A stretch of DNA of 64,000 bases from Lama guanicoe. Taxonomy: Eukaryota. Shown piece after piece: positions 38,501 to 61,200 of the stretch. Position 1 is the stretch's first letter. The number at the start of each line of letters is the position of its first letter. The stretch covers positions 5,866,724-5,930,723 of the forward strand of contig MU054338.1 in the NCBI GenBank assembly GCA_013239625.1. The letters run 5' to 3'. Both the position numbers and the translations under genes were made by a program. The notes below the pieces were generated by a model. That model was not told where the DNA came from and ran no database searches. It saw nothing but the letters and a program-made list of their open reading frames with translations.

Positions 38501-41500
38501 ACTCTGCCTGGCTAACTCTGAATTGCTGTACAGATTTTAGTTTAGATGGAGGCTTCCTCCTCCAGTAAGTCCTCTTTGCTTCCTGCCCCCAAGACAGGTT
38601 CAGGGAGCAGAGGGACCGAGCAAAAGTCTCCTCTCTGCTTTGCACCTCCGAATATCCCTTTTCCCAGCAGCCCTGGTTGTCACTTTGTCTGTCTGCCCCT
38701 CCCACTAGCAGATGCATCCTTGAGGCAGTTCCACATCCAGTTTCATGTCTGCTTCGAGCCATGAAGCGTGAGTCCAGTACACAGCACATCCTGGGCCTCT
38801 GTGGCTATTTCAAAAAGTAACATGTGTGCTGGGTAGGCTCCAGCTTAGGGTTGGGGTCCCAAGCTGTAGGGACTTAAGTCTAAGCCCCACGGGATCGCTT
38901 TCTTTCCAAGACCTTGGCCAACACCTCAGCTTGGCCTGCTGCCAGGATCCTCCCAGGAGGGCAAAGGTCACACGAAGCCAACCTCACCACATGGCTCCCC
39001 TACTATCCCCTAAAGTCAGGAAGGATCTGCCCCTGAAATCACTGCCCCATGAATTCAGGAGGCACCTCACCAGCCAGGCCATGGAGGACGGAAAGACCTG
39101 GAACCTTCCGGGGGAAGAGAAATAGAGCTGGAACCCTTGCTCAGTGGGTCAGGCAGGAGCCCAGGAGCAATGTTGAGGGCTCTGACCGATCAAACAGCCA
39201 AGGGGGGCAGAGACCCATCCCTGGGGACACACCCTCTTCTGCCCCACTCCCCCAGCACCCATTCTATTGAACTGACCTAACTGCAGCTAACTGACCCCAT
39301 CTTGAATCTTCCCCCAGAAGCGGGAAGCCAGTCATCGGCCCTCTTACAGATGACAGAACCCCAGAACTGGGATGCAGGCACATACCCCCTGTTCTAGGAG
39401 CAGCAGAGCTCCTCCGAGCCCACTTCAGTCTGCACCCAAGGCCCTGGTCGACAGCTGTGCTGCCTGCCACCCACCTGGTACTGGCCTAACTGACCACTAA
39501 ACGCTAGTGGACCCACAAGTGAACCGAGGTGTAGACAGACAGTAACTGGCCCCAGGACAGCAGGAGTTGGGAGCAGATGTAAACTCCATCCAGCCTCGCC
39601 AGTCCCTGCCTCCCTGTCACCCTGGCCTGACCTCGGCAGGCCCCTCACCTGCTTCTCCTCTCGGGCCTTCTTCCAGTCCTCGATCAGAATCTTCTTCAGG
39701 CGGAACCCCTCACGGGTCACCTCCGCCATCTGCTGCAGAGTCTCTCTCTCCTTACGGCCCTTCTCTCTGGGAGGAGGGGACACACAAGCACCACCAGGCG
39801 GCACTTAGGACCCACTAGGTCTGCCTCCTCCAGAAGGGTTCAACCCCCCCCTGCCGTCACCCTCCACCTCTGCTGGCAAAGATGGCAGAGCAAACCCTCC
39901 TTCCCCCACCTCCCCAGGCTCTCTTGTCGACAGGAGGGGCAGTGGGCAGGGGTCACCCATCCTCAGGGTCCGGGGAGGGGCTAGGGGGTGCTGGGACATC
40001 GGGCTGGAAGGCAGCTCCCAGAAAAGCACAGAAATCACAGACTCCCAGACCCAAAGGGCAACCCGGCCAGTGAGCACATTCTGCTCAGGTTACTCTCTAC
40101 TTAAAAGATCTTCCATCAGGAGAGTTTACATAAGCATTGGGACTTTCAGGGGGAGGGTATAGCTCAAGTGGTAGAATGCATGCTTAGCATGCAGAAGGTG
40201 CTGGGTTCAATCCCCAGTACCTCCTCTTAAAAAAATAAATCTAATCACCTCCCCGCCATCTCTGTCAAAATTAAATAACTAAATAATACACTAATAAGTT
40301 TTAAGAAAAAGTACTGGGACTTTCAGCTTCTTGAAAAGACAAATCTGGCCCTGCCATCTGTCCTCAACTCACTGGAACGGAGGGCAGCTGTCCCTTTAGA
40401 TGCCACAATCCCCACCACTCCCTACTGCCTTATACTCAGCCTGCTTCTGCTGTTTCGATTACCTGCCTACAGGCATTTCAGTTTTCAGGTCCTGCTGCAG
40501 AGCGTAGCAATGAAAAGCATGGAGTCTCAAGTTAGACCACCCTGGGTTCGAGTCCTGGCTCTGCTATTCCTTAGCTATGTGACCCTGAGGGAGTCATTCA
40601 CCTCCCTAAGGTTAGCTTCCTGGTCTGTTGAACAGGCAAACAAACTGCACCTGCTTCCAGACCAGAGGGAAGAATACTGATGGAGCACTGGCCAGGCACC
40701 TGGCATGGGGTAAGCACTCGATACACAAGAGCAAAAGAGAGGGAACCCGATTCCCCGAGCGGGGCGAGGCAAGGTCGAGGGTGGGGGTGGGTAAGGAGTG
40801 TCCCCCATGTACCTGCAGGTGTTTTCACAGACAATCCCACTGTTGTACTCGTCCGTCCCGTCGCAGCAGTCTGAGGGCAGACGTGAGGGCACCATCAGAC
40901 CTGGCGGCGCCACCTCGTGCCCCCCACCCACCACCCGGCCCTCAACCCTGCTGTGAGCTCATTCACCGCAAACGCCGTCGTTGACCCATCTGGAGGAGAT
41001 GTACAGGGGCTTGTAGCCAGTGTTGGTGCAGTGGAAGCTGCCGTTGGGACAGGCAGCTGTGCCTGCGGGAAAGAAGGGGGGGGTTGCAGGGTGTGCTCAG
41101 ATGCTGACATGCCACACCCACCGTGTACCCATGGAGCACGAGAGATGTGAGAGTAACTGATGCCACGCAAGGAGAGGCAAGACAACTGCACGCTCAGGGC
41201 TTGAAACAAAACTCTCCAGTGCTCCTTCCTGCCTCCAGAACAGGGCCCTGCCAACCCTACCCCCTGCCTTGTCTCCAACTCGAGCTCTGTCCATCCTTCA
41301 GCCCCAACTTCTCTCCACCCCCTGGGTGCTTGCACATGCTGGCCCCTCCATTTGCAGCACCTTTCAGTATTCAGCCGGGACCTCACCACATGACCCCTAG
41401 ACCGGGTCGGGGCCTTTCTGGGGCTCCCTTAGCTACCTACAGCTCTCTTCATCAAACCACTGACTACACACATCTGTGCCTGCATTCCTCCCCTACTCAA

Positions 41501-42043
41501 CAGGGAGCCATGTGAGGACAGGACTCGGTCTGTCTTGGTCACATCACAGGACCTGGCACTCACTGACTGCTCAATATGATGAATGAATGAACGAATGAAA
41601 GAAGATAAAGCTCACCTGGTTCATCTGAGCCATCTTTGCAGTCACAGTAGTCATCATTGACCTGATCAAAAGGGATACTGGCAGAGCCATCCAGGCAAGT
41701 GAAAGGCTTAGACTCGTCGTAGAAGTGATGGTCTGGGGAGGTGGGCAAGGAGCTTAGCCCAGGGCAGGAAGAGGCCCTTTCAGCCCAGTGGCTCCTCTCC
41801 CTTTCATCCACCAGCTGAGCACTGCCACCTTCCCTGCCCAAAGACCGGGACACCGAGGCACAAGGCTCTAAGTGCCTATCCCAGGAGCCTCCCACACCCT
41901 ACCCATCTCCCCCACCACGACCCCGGCCCCGGCTCTAAGCCACCTCCAGTGGCCGACTCACTGGTTAGGGAGACACCCCGGGGCCGCTTGACCTCCACGG
42001 CCCAACACATGGGCGACAGCAGCAGCAGCAGCAATAGTAACAT
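29560..42043 (-). CDS. PRKCSH: Glucosidase II beta subunit (80K-H, hepatocystin), 538 aa
   Basis: Coding exons (minus): 42043-41962, 41732-41616, 41062-40967, 40870-40813, 39766-39649, 38220-38091, 33660-33576, 32697-32619, 31899-31813, 31497-31312, 31238-31142, 30669-30600, 30328-30239, 30049-29975, 29886-29787, 29706-29560; sum 1617 nt. Poly-Leu signal peptide, LDLa-like [18 protein letters not shown]-hands, poly-Glu, MRH domain, C-terminal HDEL*. Confidence 0.97.
31344..31410 (-). repeat. Coding (GAG/GAA)n poly-Glu repeat in PRKCSH
   Basis: Encodes [24 protein letters not shown]. Confidence 0.9.
34790..35300 (+). mobile_element. L1M 3' end fragment with nested SINE (35109-35245)
   Basis: GTGGATGAACTTTGACAACACGATGCTC...GTGGTTGCCAGGGGCTG...GAACTGTACACTTCAAAATGG, then GGGGGAGGGTACAGCTCAAGTAGTAGAG SINE. 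Confidence 0.75.
35374..35485. mobile_element. MER3/MER33-like hAT-Charlie remnant
   Basis: CCAGTGCTGTCCGACAGAAC...CACTGAGCACTTGAGGTGTGGCT. Confidence 0.55.
40150..40308 (+). mobile_element. tRNA-derived SINE (Vic-1-like) with target-site duplication
   Basis: SINE head GGGAGGGTATAGCTCAAGTGGTAG; TGGGACTTTCAG duplicated at 40138-40149 and 40315-40326. Confidence 0.9.
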
Positions 42044-42499
42044 CTTGGAGGCTCGGAAGCCGGAAACGGGCTCTGTAGGAGGAAGGGGGCTGCTGGGAGA
42101 CGCGCTGTGCCCGCACGCTGCAGCAAGAAAGGGGCGGCCCGTCAGCAGGAGAGAGCTACTTCCAGCCAAAGGAAGGCACCTCTCTCTCCAGCCAACTGGA
42201 CTCCTCCACTGCTTCCGGGCACCTAGGGCTCATTTTGCTTCCCATACTGGGGAACAGGGGCCACCCCAACCCTGCCCAGCGGAGGAGGGACTCACTTGGC
42301 CCAAATCAAAGGTGGAGGGTCTCAAAACCTCAGCTCCCTATGGGGGACGGAGGGGATGTTTAGCGATCCAATTCCCGCCAATAGGCCGAAAGGGTTAACA
42401 GTCTCCCCCTCTCCAGACGCACACTCTCTGACTGCCCCCAGTAGGAAACTGGGGTGCCCTCCCGCCTACTAGTTCATCACCTACACGACGCTAGAGCAA

Positions 42500-51520
<9,021 letters not shown>

Positions 51521-51741
51521 ACTCGCTCTTTAGCTTACCTGGGGCTTCCGGGCCCCTGCAGAGGCCCCTGACCCCTCTGGGCCCAACCGCGGGCCCACGG
51601 GGCACCTTCAAGTACGGAAGGCAGCCCGGGCAAGGGAGCAGAGCGAGCAGGCAACGCCCGGAGTAGAGAAGGGGGCTGGGCCAGCGGACGTTCCCACAGT
51701 AAATCTCCCCAGGCTGGTCTCCGCCGGCCTCGGAATCGCGC

Positions 51742-51747
51742 AATAAA
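51742..51747 (+). terminator. ODAD3 polyadenylation signal AATAAA
   Basis: AATAAA ~220 nt after the stop codon. Confidence 0.75.
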
Positions 51748-52202
51748 GGTCACCGACAAGCCCCCTGAGTATTCACTTCTCCTTGATTCTGCACTGCCCC
51801 AAAGACGGCTGCCTCCAAACCCAGGGCTACAGATTCAGCCCCCTCCGACCTGGGGAACGATGACTCCCATCAGCTGGGGACACGGATTGAGCTCCCTCCG
51901 CCCCTCCAGAGAAATGAAAGATAGCCCCACATCTGGCATGGACCACGCCTCCTCTGAGGATAGGAGACCCTCCTCCTGAGGACCCAGATGTGTAGGGAGA
52001 GAGAGGTGTCCTTTCTCCCAGGTGCAGGTCCTCTTCCCCAGGGGCCTGGGCTGGGCACTGGGGTCCGGCAGGGGCAGCAGAGAGCCGTGGGTCCTCCCCT
52101 CTCTGCCCCACCCCCGCGCAGCCCGCCTCTCCCCACCCCGCCCCGCCCCACTGGTCCTTCCGCCTCACTCAGCGGCGCCGCGGAGCGGGACAGGCGCCGA
52201 CC

Positions 52203-55200
52203 ATGGAGAGAGCAGCGGGCAAGGAGCTCGCCCTGGTAAGGGGACCCGAGGTCCTGGGATCCCAAACCCCTGGCGACCCTTGGGTCCATAAACTCCAGGT
52301 TTCCGCCCCGCGGACCCTCTCTCCGCACAAATCGGACCCTTCGGGCCTGCGGCCCCTGACCCAGTGAAGTGTCTGATTCCTCTTAGGGATTGGGGAGGGG
52401 GGGTGCCAGTCCATTGAGCATGTCTGCAGGAGGTGCCAGAGACAGACTCCGTGAGACTGGGCACTGGGACATCCCCAAATGCCACCCCATCTTCTCAAGG
52501 ACCAGTGAGGACGATACCTGCCGCGCCAAGGGGACTTCCCTAGTCTGAGCCCCTGCCCCGAGTCTTGCTGACTCTGGCTGGGAAGCGGAGGTGAAACGGA
52601 AAGGACTAGGCTTGAGCCTGTGCGGGAGAGGGGGTCCCAGACCCCAGGCCCCGTCCCCGCGGCGTCCTGACCCCGCCTCCTCGTCCAGAAGCCGCTGCAA
52701 GACTGGGGCGAGGAGACCGAGGACGGCGCGGTGTACACTGTTTCCTTGCGGCGGCAGCGCAGTCAGCGCCTGAGTCCGGGGACAGGGCCTGGGGGCACCC
52801 AGGTGAGGCAGGAGTTGGAGGATGGGGCGGGGCAGAAGGTGACCAGGTGAGGGCGGGGCTGAGTGGAGGGGCGGGGCTTCGGCCCTACTAAAGGGAAGGG
52901 GTTAGTGGCGACCTGGTAAGGATAGAACAGGGCCTGGAGGCGGCCAGGTGAAGGGGGTGGATGTGTGAGGCAGGGTCAGGTGACTACGCATTGCCGGAGC
53001 ACGACTTGGGGACTGAACTTAACCGCAGGGCCTAGGTGAGCCGGGTTCAGTGGGGCGGAGCTGGATAGGGAGGAATGGTCTTTGGAAGCTGCCAGGTGGT
53101 GGGTAGGGGTGGAGTCGGTTGAGGTTGCAAAGGATAGGGATCAGGAACGGGCCAGTGGAGCGCGGCTGGAGACCTGAGAGCTGCCTGAGGGTTGGGGGAG
53201 GGGTGTCTTATAAGTGAGGCAGAGGGCAGAGCAGGGCCTGGGCAGATGAGGGTGTCCAGGGCGGGTTTCGGGGGTCAATTGTGCATGGGGCAGAATAAGA
53301 CTCCAGGCGCAGGATTCAGAAAAATGGACAGGATCTGATGCAAGAGCAGTGTGTCTATGGATGATTGGAAAGAGGTGCTGGGGGCCACTCTTCTGTGTCT
53401 CATTGCTGTCCCACTGCCCCTCAGAGCCCCAGCCCGGCTGCCCACACCTTCCTCCACTACCGCACCAGCAAGGTGCGGGCGCTGAGGGCCGCCCGGCTGG
53501 AGCGGCTGGTGCGGGAGTTGGTGTCTGGAGACCGAGAGCAGGACCCGGGCTTCGTGCCTGCCTTCCTGGCCACCCACCGGGCCTTTGTGCCCACTGCCCG
53601 CGTGCTGAGCCTTCTCCTACCACCACCGCCGCCACCTCTGCCGCCAGGGTCAGTACTGACAGGAGACCCTCATGTTCCCACCCCAGCCCCTTACCTGGGT
53701 ACTCTCTCTACTCCTTCGGGTTTGGAACCAGGAAACTCCCCCACCCAAGAACCTTCCTCCTAAGCCCCCTCCATGCCCCCTGTTTTCCACCTTCTTTCCA
53801 GGGTACAGATCAGGAAGACAGAGGGAAGAGATCTGAGCTTCAACAAGAACCTGAGGTTTGTCTCCCCCAGGGTAGGGGAAGGGGATTCCCAGAGGTTAAA
53901 GGTCAGGCCTAAAGTGCAGGGGCTCCAGAGGTCTGGAGGTTCCAGCCGGTCTCTGAGGCCCCGCCCCTCTGGCCAGGGCTGTGGTGTCAGTGCTGGGCTC
54001 CTGGCTGCGGGACCACCCTCAGGATTTTCGGGACCCCCCAGCCCACTCCGACTTGGGCAGTATCCGCACCTTTCTGGGCTGGGCAGCCCCACTGGGGGCT
54101 GAGGCCCAGGAGGCAGAAAAGCTGCTGGGAGGTTTCCTGGAGGAGGCTGACCAAGAGCAGAAAGAAGAGGAGCAGACCCAGAGCTGGGAAGGTGAGCATT
54201 TTGGGGAACTGATAGTGACTTAAGCAGGCCTTTCTTGCATACTCCCTCCCTCAGAGGGCCCCTCCCCTTGCTGAGCTACAGATCTTGGGCAAGGTTCTTA
54301 ACCCAGTCGGAGCTTCAGTTTCCCCATCTGTAAAATGGGCATAATAACCCATTGTCTAAGGTATTGGCATTTGTCTATCACCTCCCCCACCCAACATATC
54401 CAAAGTACAAAGGTGATCCATCACTGGGTCAGGATACCCTGTGTTGCTGGCTACAAATCATTCTAATGCTACTTGCCTTAGGAACTACAGAGACCTGGGT
54501 TCAAATCCCATTTCTGCCAATTGCTAACTGTGTGGCCTTGGATAAGTCACTTCACCTCTCTGAGCCTCAATTTCCTTATCTGCAAAATGGGGGAGATCAC
54601 AGTACTTACCTCATTGGCCTCTTCCTTCATTCAACAAATATTTGGCCACTGGCTCTGTTTTTTGTTTTTTAAACAATTATGTTATTAAAAATAGCAAATT
54701 TCACAAACAATGGCCAGGAGCTCCCAGCTCCCTGGGGCAGACAATCAGTGAACAAGTAAACAAATAAACAATGAGGGCTTGGCAAATAGTATTATTTTCA
54801 TTATTGTTGTTGTCAAGGATTCTTACTTACAGAATCTACCACTTATAATGAAATCTATAGAAGTCATGTTGATATTTTCTAGTAAGGTAGGTGTCAGCAA
54901 ACTATCTGGCCCTTAATGGAAAAGGCTGCCAACCTCTGTTGTAGAGAGCTTTGGGGGAAAGGAAAAATAGCTACATACTTGATTCAGATCTTTGTTCAAC
55001 TGTCACCTCCTCAGACATGCCTCCTCGGGTCCCCTCCCACTCTTGGTCTTCTTACCTGCCTTATTATTCTGCATAGCAGCCATCGGTCTTGTCCCCAGCT
55101 CTGTCCCCAGGGTCAGGAAAAACATGGATTTGTTGACTGAATAATTGCAGCCTGCTTATGAAGTATCATCTTTCACCCATCTGTGTTTGATCTGATCCCT

Positions 55201-58200
55201 TTCATACAAGCATCTGTATCCTTAATCCCCATTCTTTAATCCTCAGATTAAAGTGGCTATATTCCTCCCTGCTTTACAAAGTAGTAACCACATCTATCTC
55301 CTGGTAACAAAAATCTCAGTTATTTGTATACATTTTATCCTGCACCTTTTCTCCTGGTTACTAAGTATCTTTCTTCCTCTGCCTTCAAGATTTCACCAAT
55401 TGATTCCAAGTCATCAGAGCTGCACTGCCCACTGGGGTAACCACTAGTCCTGTGTGGCTGTTGAAATTGAACTTAAAGTAATTAACATTAAATAAAAATA
55501 AAATTCAGTTCTTTGGTCACACTAGCCACATTTCTAGTGCTGACACTAGTAAGCACAGGCAGAAAATATTTCCACTGCTGCAGAAAATTCTATTGAAAGT
55601 GCTGCCCTAAGCTATGAGTTCTTGAGGTCAGAGGAGAAAAACGAACATTTATTGAATATTGATTGTATGCTAGGCTCTGGGAAACTTAACATCTTTATTT
55701 TTACCATGGAAATTTTCAGACACGTACAGAAGTAGAAAGAATAGTATGAAGAGCACTCAAACACCCACTGCTTGTATTTAACAATTATCAGTTTGACGAA
55801 AAATATTTTTTTGGGGGGGATGATTTGAAGGCAAATTCCAGACTTATGTCACCTTGTACATAAACACTTTGGTTTACACCTGTAACTGACAAGGACTTTT
55901 AAAAAGATATAACCATCATGTCCATAATCTTTTCCAAGGAAATCAGCAATAATTACTTAAAATATTCAAACCCTTCCCCCACTGTTCCTAAATTGTCTTT
56001 TTTTTGTAGTTGTTTCTTCCAAATCCAAAGATCCATTCAAGGAATTCATTTCTTAGGTCTCTTTTATTCTATAACAGTTCCCCTTTGCTTTTTGTCTAAT
56101 GCCATTTGGGGGGAAAAAGGATCATTTGTTCTAAGGAGTCTCTTACATTCTTCTCCATTTACCTGTTTGCTTTCTCATCGTGACATGAAGCCTGTTCCTC
56201 TACCCCCCACATTTGCTGTAAGATCTAAAGGTTTGATTAGATTTAGGTGCAATTTTCCCCCCAATGCCCACTTTTTCTAACTAATATTTTGCAATGCCAT
56301 CTGTCCCAATTTGAAATGAAAGATAACTAAGCAGACTCACACAGATCATTTTAAAATAATAATATGACAGTGAAAATGTAGTAGGAAGGAGAAGTAAAAC
56401 AAAAACAGTTTATACAACAATAACTTGTACTAGTTGGTGTGTCAATACTTGGACATGCCTCACTATGAGACTTGAAGTTGTTCAGTTTGCCTGCCATAGC
56501 ATCATGGTGAATGTGACAGCCACAGACTAATGCAGGGGAGTGCACTGGTGACACTGACAACACAAACACAAGAGCATAGATGTTGGTAACATCGATTTCC
56601 AAAATGGTGAACAGCACTTGCAATTTCCAAACAGAACAAAGTCCAGACTTTCACGGTCCTTGCTTTCCTGGAGCCAAAATAATTAGTGTTTATGAACAAG
56701 CTAGTTGGGTTCTAGATGCACATTATTTTTTTTAACATTTTTTATTGATTTATAATCATTTTACAATGTTGTGTCAAATTCCAATGTTCAGCACAATTTT
56801 TCAGTCATTCATGGACATATACACACTCATTGTGTGTAGATGCACATTGTGTGTAGATGCACATTATTGTAAACAGACTTTTCAAGGACGCAAATATCTT
56901 GGAGGGACATCTGGAGGCTGGATGGCACAATGCTTCTCTGTGCATGTCGGGCTCCCTTTGCGGCAACATTCCATTTCCCCAAATGTCCCCTAGAGGGAGC
57001 CACTATTGAAACCCACCTCAAAAAAACCACATTTAGTGAGTACTTATAGTATTTATATAAGTCTGGTATGCGTGATCTCATTTGGAAAAAAAGAGAGAGA
57101 GAGAGACTCCAGGTGAAGAAACTAAGGCACTGAGAGGTTAAAAGTCTTGCTTTAATTCTCACAGCAGGCCGATGGACAAGTTTGGATTTGAACTTGGGAC
57201 TTCATGGCAGTAACTTTCTCTTAAACACAAAGTTATACTACAAAGTTATACCACTACCACTCACCACCAGAAAAGGGCAGACAGATCTTATCTCAATACA
57301 AGTTCAAAGTCAAAAATCTCTATTTTTTCTTCTAGCCTCTGAGCACCTGGTTTCAGATCCTTGCCCAGCCATTTACTGAAGGTGTGAATTAGGGCAAATT
57401 CCTGCCTCAGTTTCCCCACCCGTAGAAGGTGCATAATAGGACCTCCCTCTCTGAGTTAGTGTGCTAAATTTCCTAGTTAACCCACCCAAGGTGCTCAATG
57501 AATGTTACTGCTGTCCCGACCTTCTTAAAAACACTCAGGGATAGCTCTTCCACAGATATGAAAAGTGAGGCTCAGAGACGCCCAAGGTCGCACAGCCAGT
57601 CCTGGATTCAAACTTCAGGATTTTTAAGCCCCTGTAATGCTCCCTCAGGACCTCCTCGGGCTGCCCAGATTCCCCGTCCAGACTCCCCGGTAGGCTGCTT
57701 GGAAGAGGAGGAAGGACCCCTGCGGGAAGGCCCTGAGCTCCTGGACTTCAGTGTAGACAAGGTGGCTGAGCAGCTGACCCTGATGGACGTGGTGAGGATC
57801 CGTCCGGGCGCCGCAGGGCCAGGGGTCGGGGCAAGCCCCGCTGAGCACAGATCCGACCCACCCCATCCCCCGGCCCAGGAACTCTTCTCGCGCGTGCGGC
57901 CCTGCGAGTGCCTGGGCTCCGTGTGGTCGCAGCGTGACCGGCCGGGGGCCACAGGCACCGCCCCCACTGTACGCGCCACTGTGACCCAGTTCAACACTGT
58001 GACCGGCTGCGTGCTGGGCTCGGTGCTCGGGGCGCCGGGTCTGGCCCCCTCGCAGAGGGCACAGCGGCTGGAGAAGTGGATCCGCATCGCCCAGGTGCCT
58101 GTTGAGAGGTGAGGGTGGGAGGCAGCGTGGGGGCGGGGAGTGGGAGCGGGGCGAGGCTCGGGGAGGGGCCGGAGGCGGAAAGGTGGGGGGCCCGGGTATG

Positions 58201-61200
58201 GGGGTAAGGGGAGGGCTGGGGCTCCGAATTGCCTAAAGGAAAGACTAGGAGGCGGTTGGGCAAGGCTGGTGGCTAGGGGGTGGGGGCTGGGACTGCTGAG
58301 GGACGTTGGGCAGGTCTAGGAATAATAAGGAGGGGAAGAGGGCACTGAGGAGGGGATAGGATTGGAGGAGCCAAAGCCAAGAGGAGGCGGGGGGCCTTGA
58401 AAGAGACTGGGTGGAAGTGGGGCAGGAGCGTCAGGGCAGATAGGAAGAGTTTAAACGGGGGCCCAGGAAAGAGAGTGGGGGCGGGCCAAGGCGGGGAGGG
58501 GAAGAGAGAAGAGAATTGACACCTGAACTCTCCTGGGAGGAGAGGTCTGGGTCTCAGAGAGCTATGAGTGCTCCTAGGAGCTCTGGGGCTGCAGGTGGGG
58601 GAGGAGGGGCCCTGGAGGAGGAGTCTGAATCTGAGTAGCTCTTCAGATGTGAGGCGAGTTGTAAGCGTCTGACCTAGGGTCACAAGCCACAGGATGAAAG
58701 GTGGATCAAACGTGGGGATCAGGCTTGGGGTGTGACCAGCGTCCCCCTATCCTGCCCCCTAGCACTGCCGAGAACTGCGGAATTTTTCCTCCCTGAGAGC
58801 CATCCTGTCCGCCCTGCAGTCTAACCCCATATACCGGCTCAAGCGCAGCTGGGGCGCCCTGAGCCGGTGAGCAAGGATTTGGGGGTAGGGATACTGGGGC
58901 CAGACCTTTTGCCCACTCCCTCCCATCTCTGACTCTCTCCGCTGCCAACCCTGACCCATCTCCTTTCCCCCCTGCCAGGGAACCGTTATCCACTTTCAGG
59001 AAACTTTCGCAGATTTTCTCCGATGAGAACAACCACCTCAGCAGCAGAGAGATTCTCTCCCAGGTACGGATGGGTGAGGAGCCCTCGGCCTCTGGGCTCA
59101 GGAAGGGGACCTGAGGCCTGGCAGGGCATTGCTTGTCATTGTCATAACATTCGGTGTCCTTTTCCTACGCTGCGGGAATGACCTTCCTCTTGTTTGTGGG
59201 CAGCCTGATGTTTTTAGCTGCCTCTGCTGCCCTCATTATAGCTGACACTCAGTGGCTGCCTTATTTATTCATTCAACAAATACCAGAAGTTACAGGGAAA
59301 AGGTCGCTGAAGCCCAGAGATTGAGCAAAGAGTGAAGGGGAAAAAATTTGTGCTAAGGATTTGACTTTGATAAGCAAAAACTAAAAACAACAACAACAAA
59401 AAAATGTGTGCCAACAAGTCTAACTTATTGTAGTCAAGATTTAGGTTCTAACTGCAATTAGATGCTGGTTCATAGGGAGAATTCAGAATCTATGGCACAT
59501 GAAGCCTGTCCTTTTGCCCAGAACATTCTTCATGTTCACCTCCTGCGGGTGTCTTCTCACACGTTCCCTCCTCTTAGCGGCCCTCCCTGAACCCGCAGCA
59601 CCTCCAGCCCTCCTCCATTGTCCTTATCTCTGCCTGTCCTTACATTGTCTGGCTAACTCGGTTGTTGCTGTCTCTCCCTCGCTCATGTCTGTTCCAAGCA
59701 GCCAGGGTTTCTGTCTGTTTCGTTCACTGCTGCCTCCCCAGTACCCAGAACAGTGCCTGGCCCAGGTGCTCAGTAAGTATCTGTAAAGTGAATGAATGGA
59801 AATCTGCATTAAGCACCCACTGTGTGCCGGGCACTGGCCAGAAGGCTCTGCCATGAACCGACAGACAAGCTTCCTACCCTTGGAGGGAGTCAGGCCCCAG
59901 ATGGGGAGACACACAGTAAAAGAGCTGCCCAGCAATTTATGTCACTAATGACCAGGCAGAGCGATGCTGTGAAAGCAAGTTTCAGGGTTTCTCCTGGGGA
60001 TCACCAGTGGGCCTGTTCCATCCAGGCCAGGTGCAAGGATTCCACGGCACCCATGAGCCCCACTTGTCATCGTCCTCGGTGTGGCCTGCTACCTGCTGCT
60101 TATGTGCTCTCTCCCCCTTTTCCCTTTCCCTTGAGTATGGCCTTTACAATTGCTTGTGACTAAGGCATCTTCCCCAAGGGAGGGGTCAAAGAGACCCCAG
60201 GACTGCTCAGTCCTTCCCCTCCCAACAGGAGGAGGCCACCGAGGGGTCCCAAGAGGAGGACGCCGCCCCCCTAGGAAGCCTGCCCTCAGTGAGTGATGTG
60301 GTTTGGAACGAGGGACCAGCGGGATCCTCGGGGAGGAGGTGGAGCGTGATGGAGTCAGTGATGACTGAAGTGACTGGAGTTCTGGGGCCCCCATAGAAGC
60401 TGCCCCCAGGCCCCATCCCGTACCTTGGCACCTTTCTCACGGACCTGGTTATGCTGGATACAGCCCTGCCGGACATGCTGGAGGTCTGAGCCTTGAGCCC
60501 TGAGCCCTGAGCCCTGACTCCTGACCCCAGCACCACTCACCCTCAGCCCAGTGGGCCTCCTGACATCACACCCTTGACCCTGCCTGTGCTCCTGACCCTA
60601 GTCCCCTTAGTGTAGTCGGGTTTCCTACATCCCAGCCCCTGACCTTGACCCTTGATCCTTGACCTTGGAGGCTCCAGTTCAGACAAAGTTTGCCCCTAGG
60701 GGGATCTCATCAACTTTGAGAAGAGGAGGAAGGTAAGTGGGCACACTGAGGTGGGCATGAGGGGAGGGATCTGAGAGGGAACAGGGCGGGGGCGGGATCT
60801 CAGAGGCTGTCCCCTCAGGAGTGGGAGATCCTGGCTCGCATCCAGCAGCTGCAGAGGCGCTGTCAGAATTACTGCCTGAACCCCTGCCCGCCCATCCTGG
60901 CTGCCCTGTGCACCCAGCACCAGCTCAGCGAGGAGCAGAGGTGACTAGCCCGCAGCCTGGCCCAACCCCCTCACCGGCCAACCTTGGATCACACCTACCC
61001 CACGCACCTCTCCAGCTCCTCCTAAGATCCCCCTCCTGAACCCTGAATCCCCTCAGTCAACCTCTGATCTCGAACTTTGACCCCATCTGACATTCCAACT
61101 TCAACCTTTTAATGGGAGGCTGACCATTCTACTCAACCATTCTGTTCCACATCTCTGATCCTACTTGACCCTTGACCACATTCATGACCTCCATCTGACT

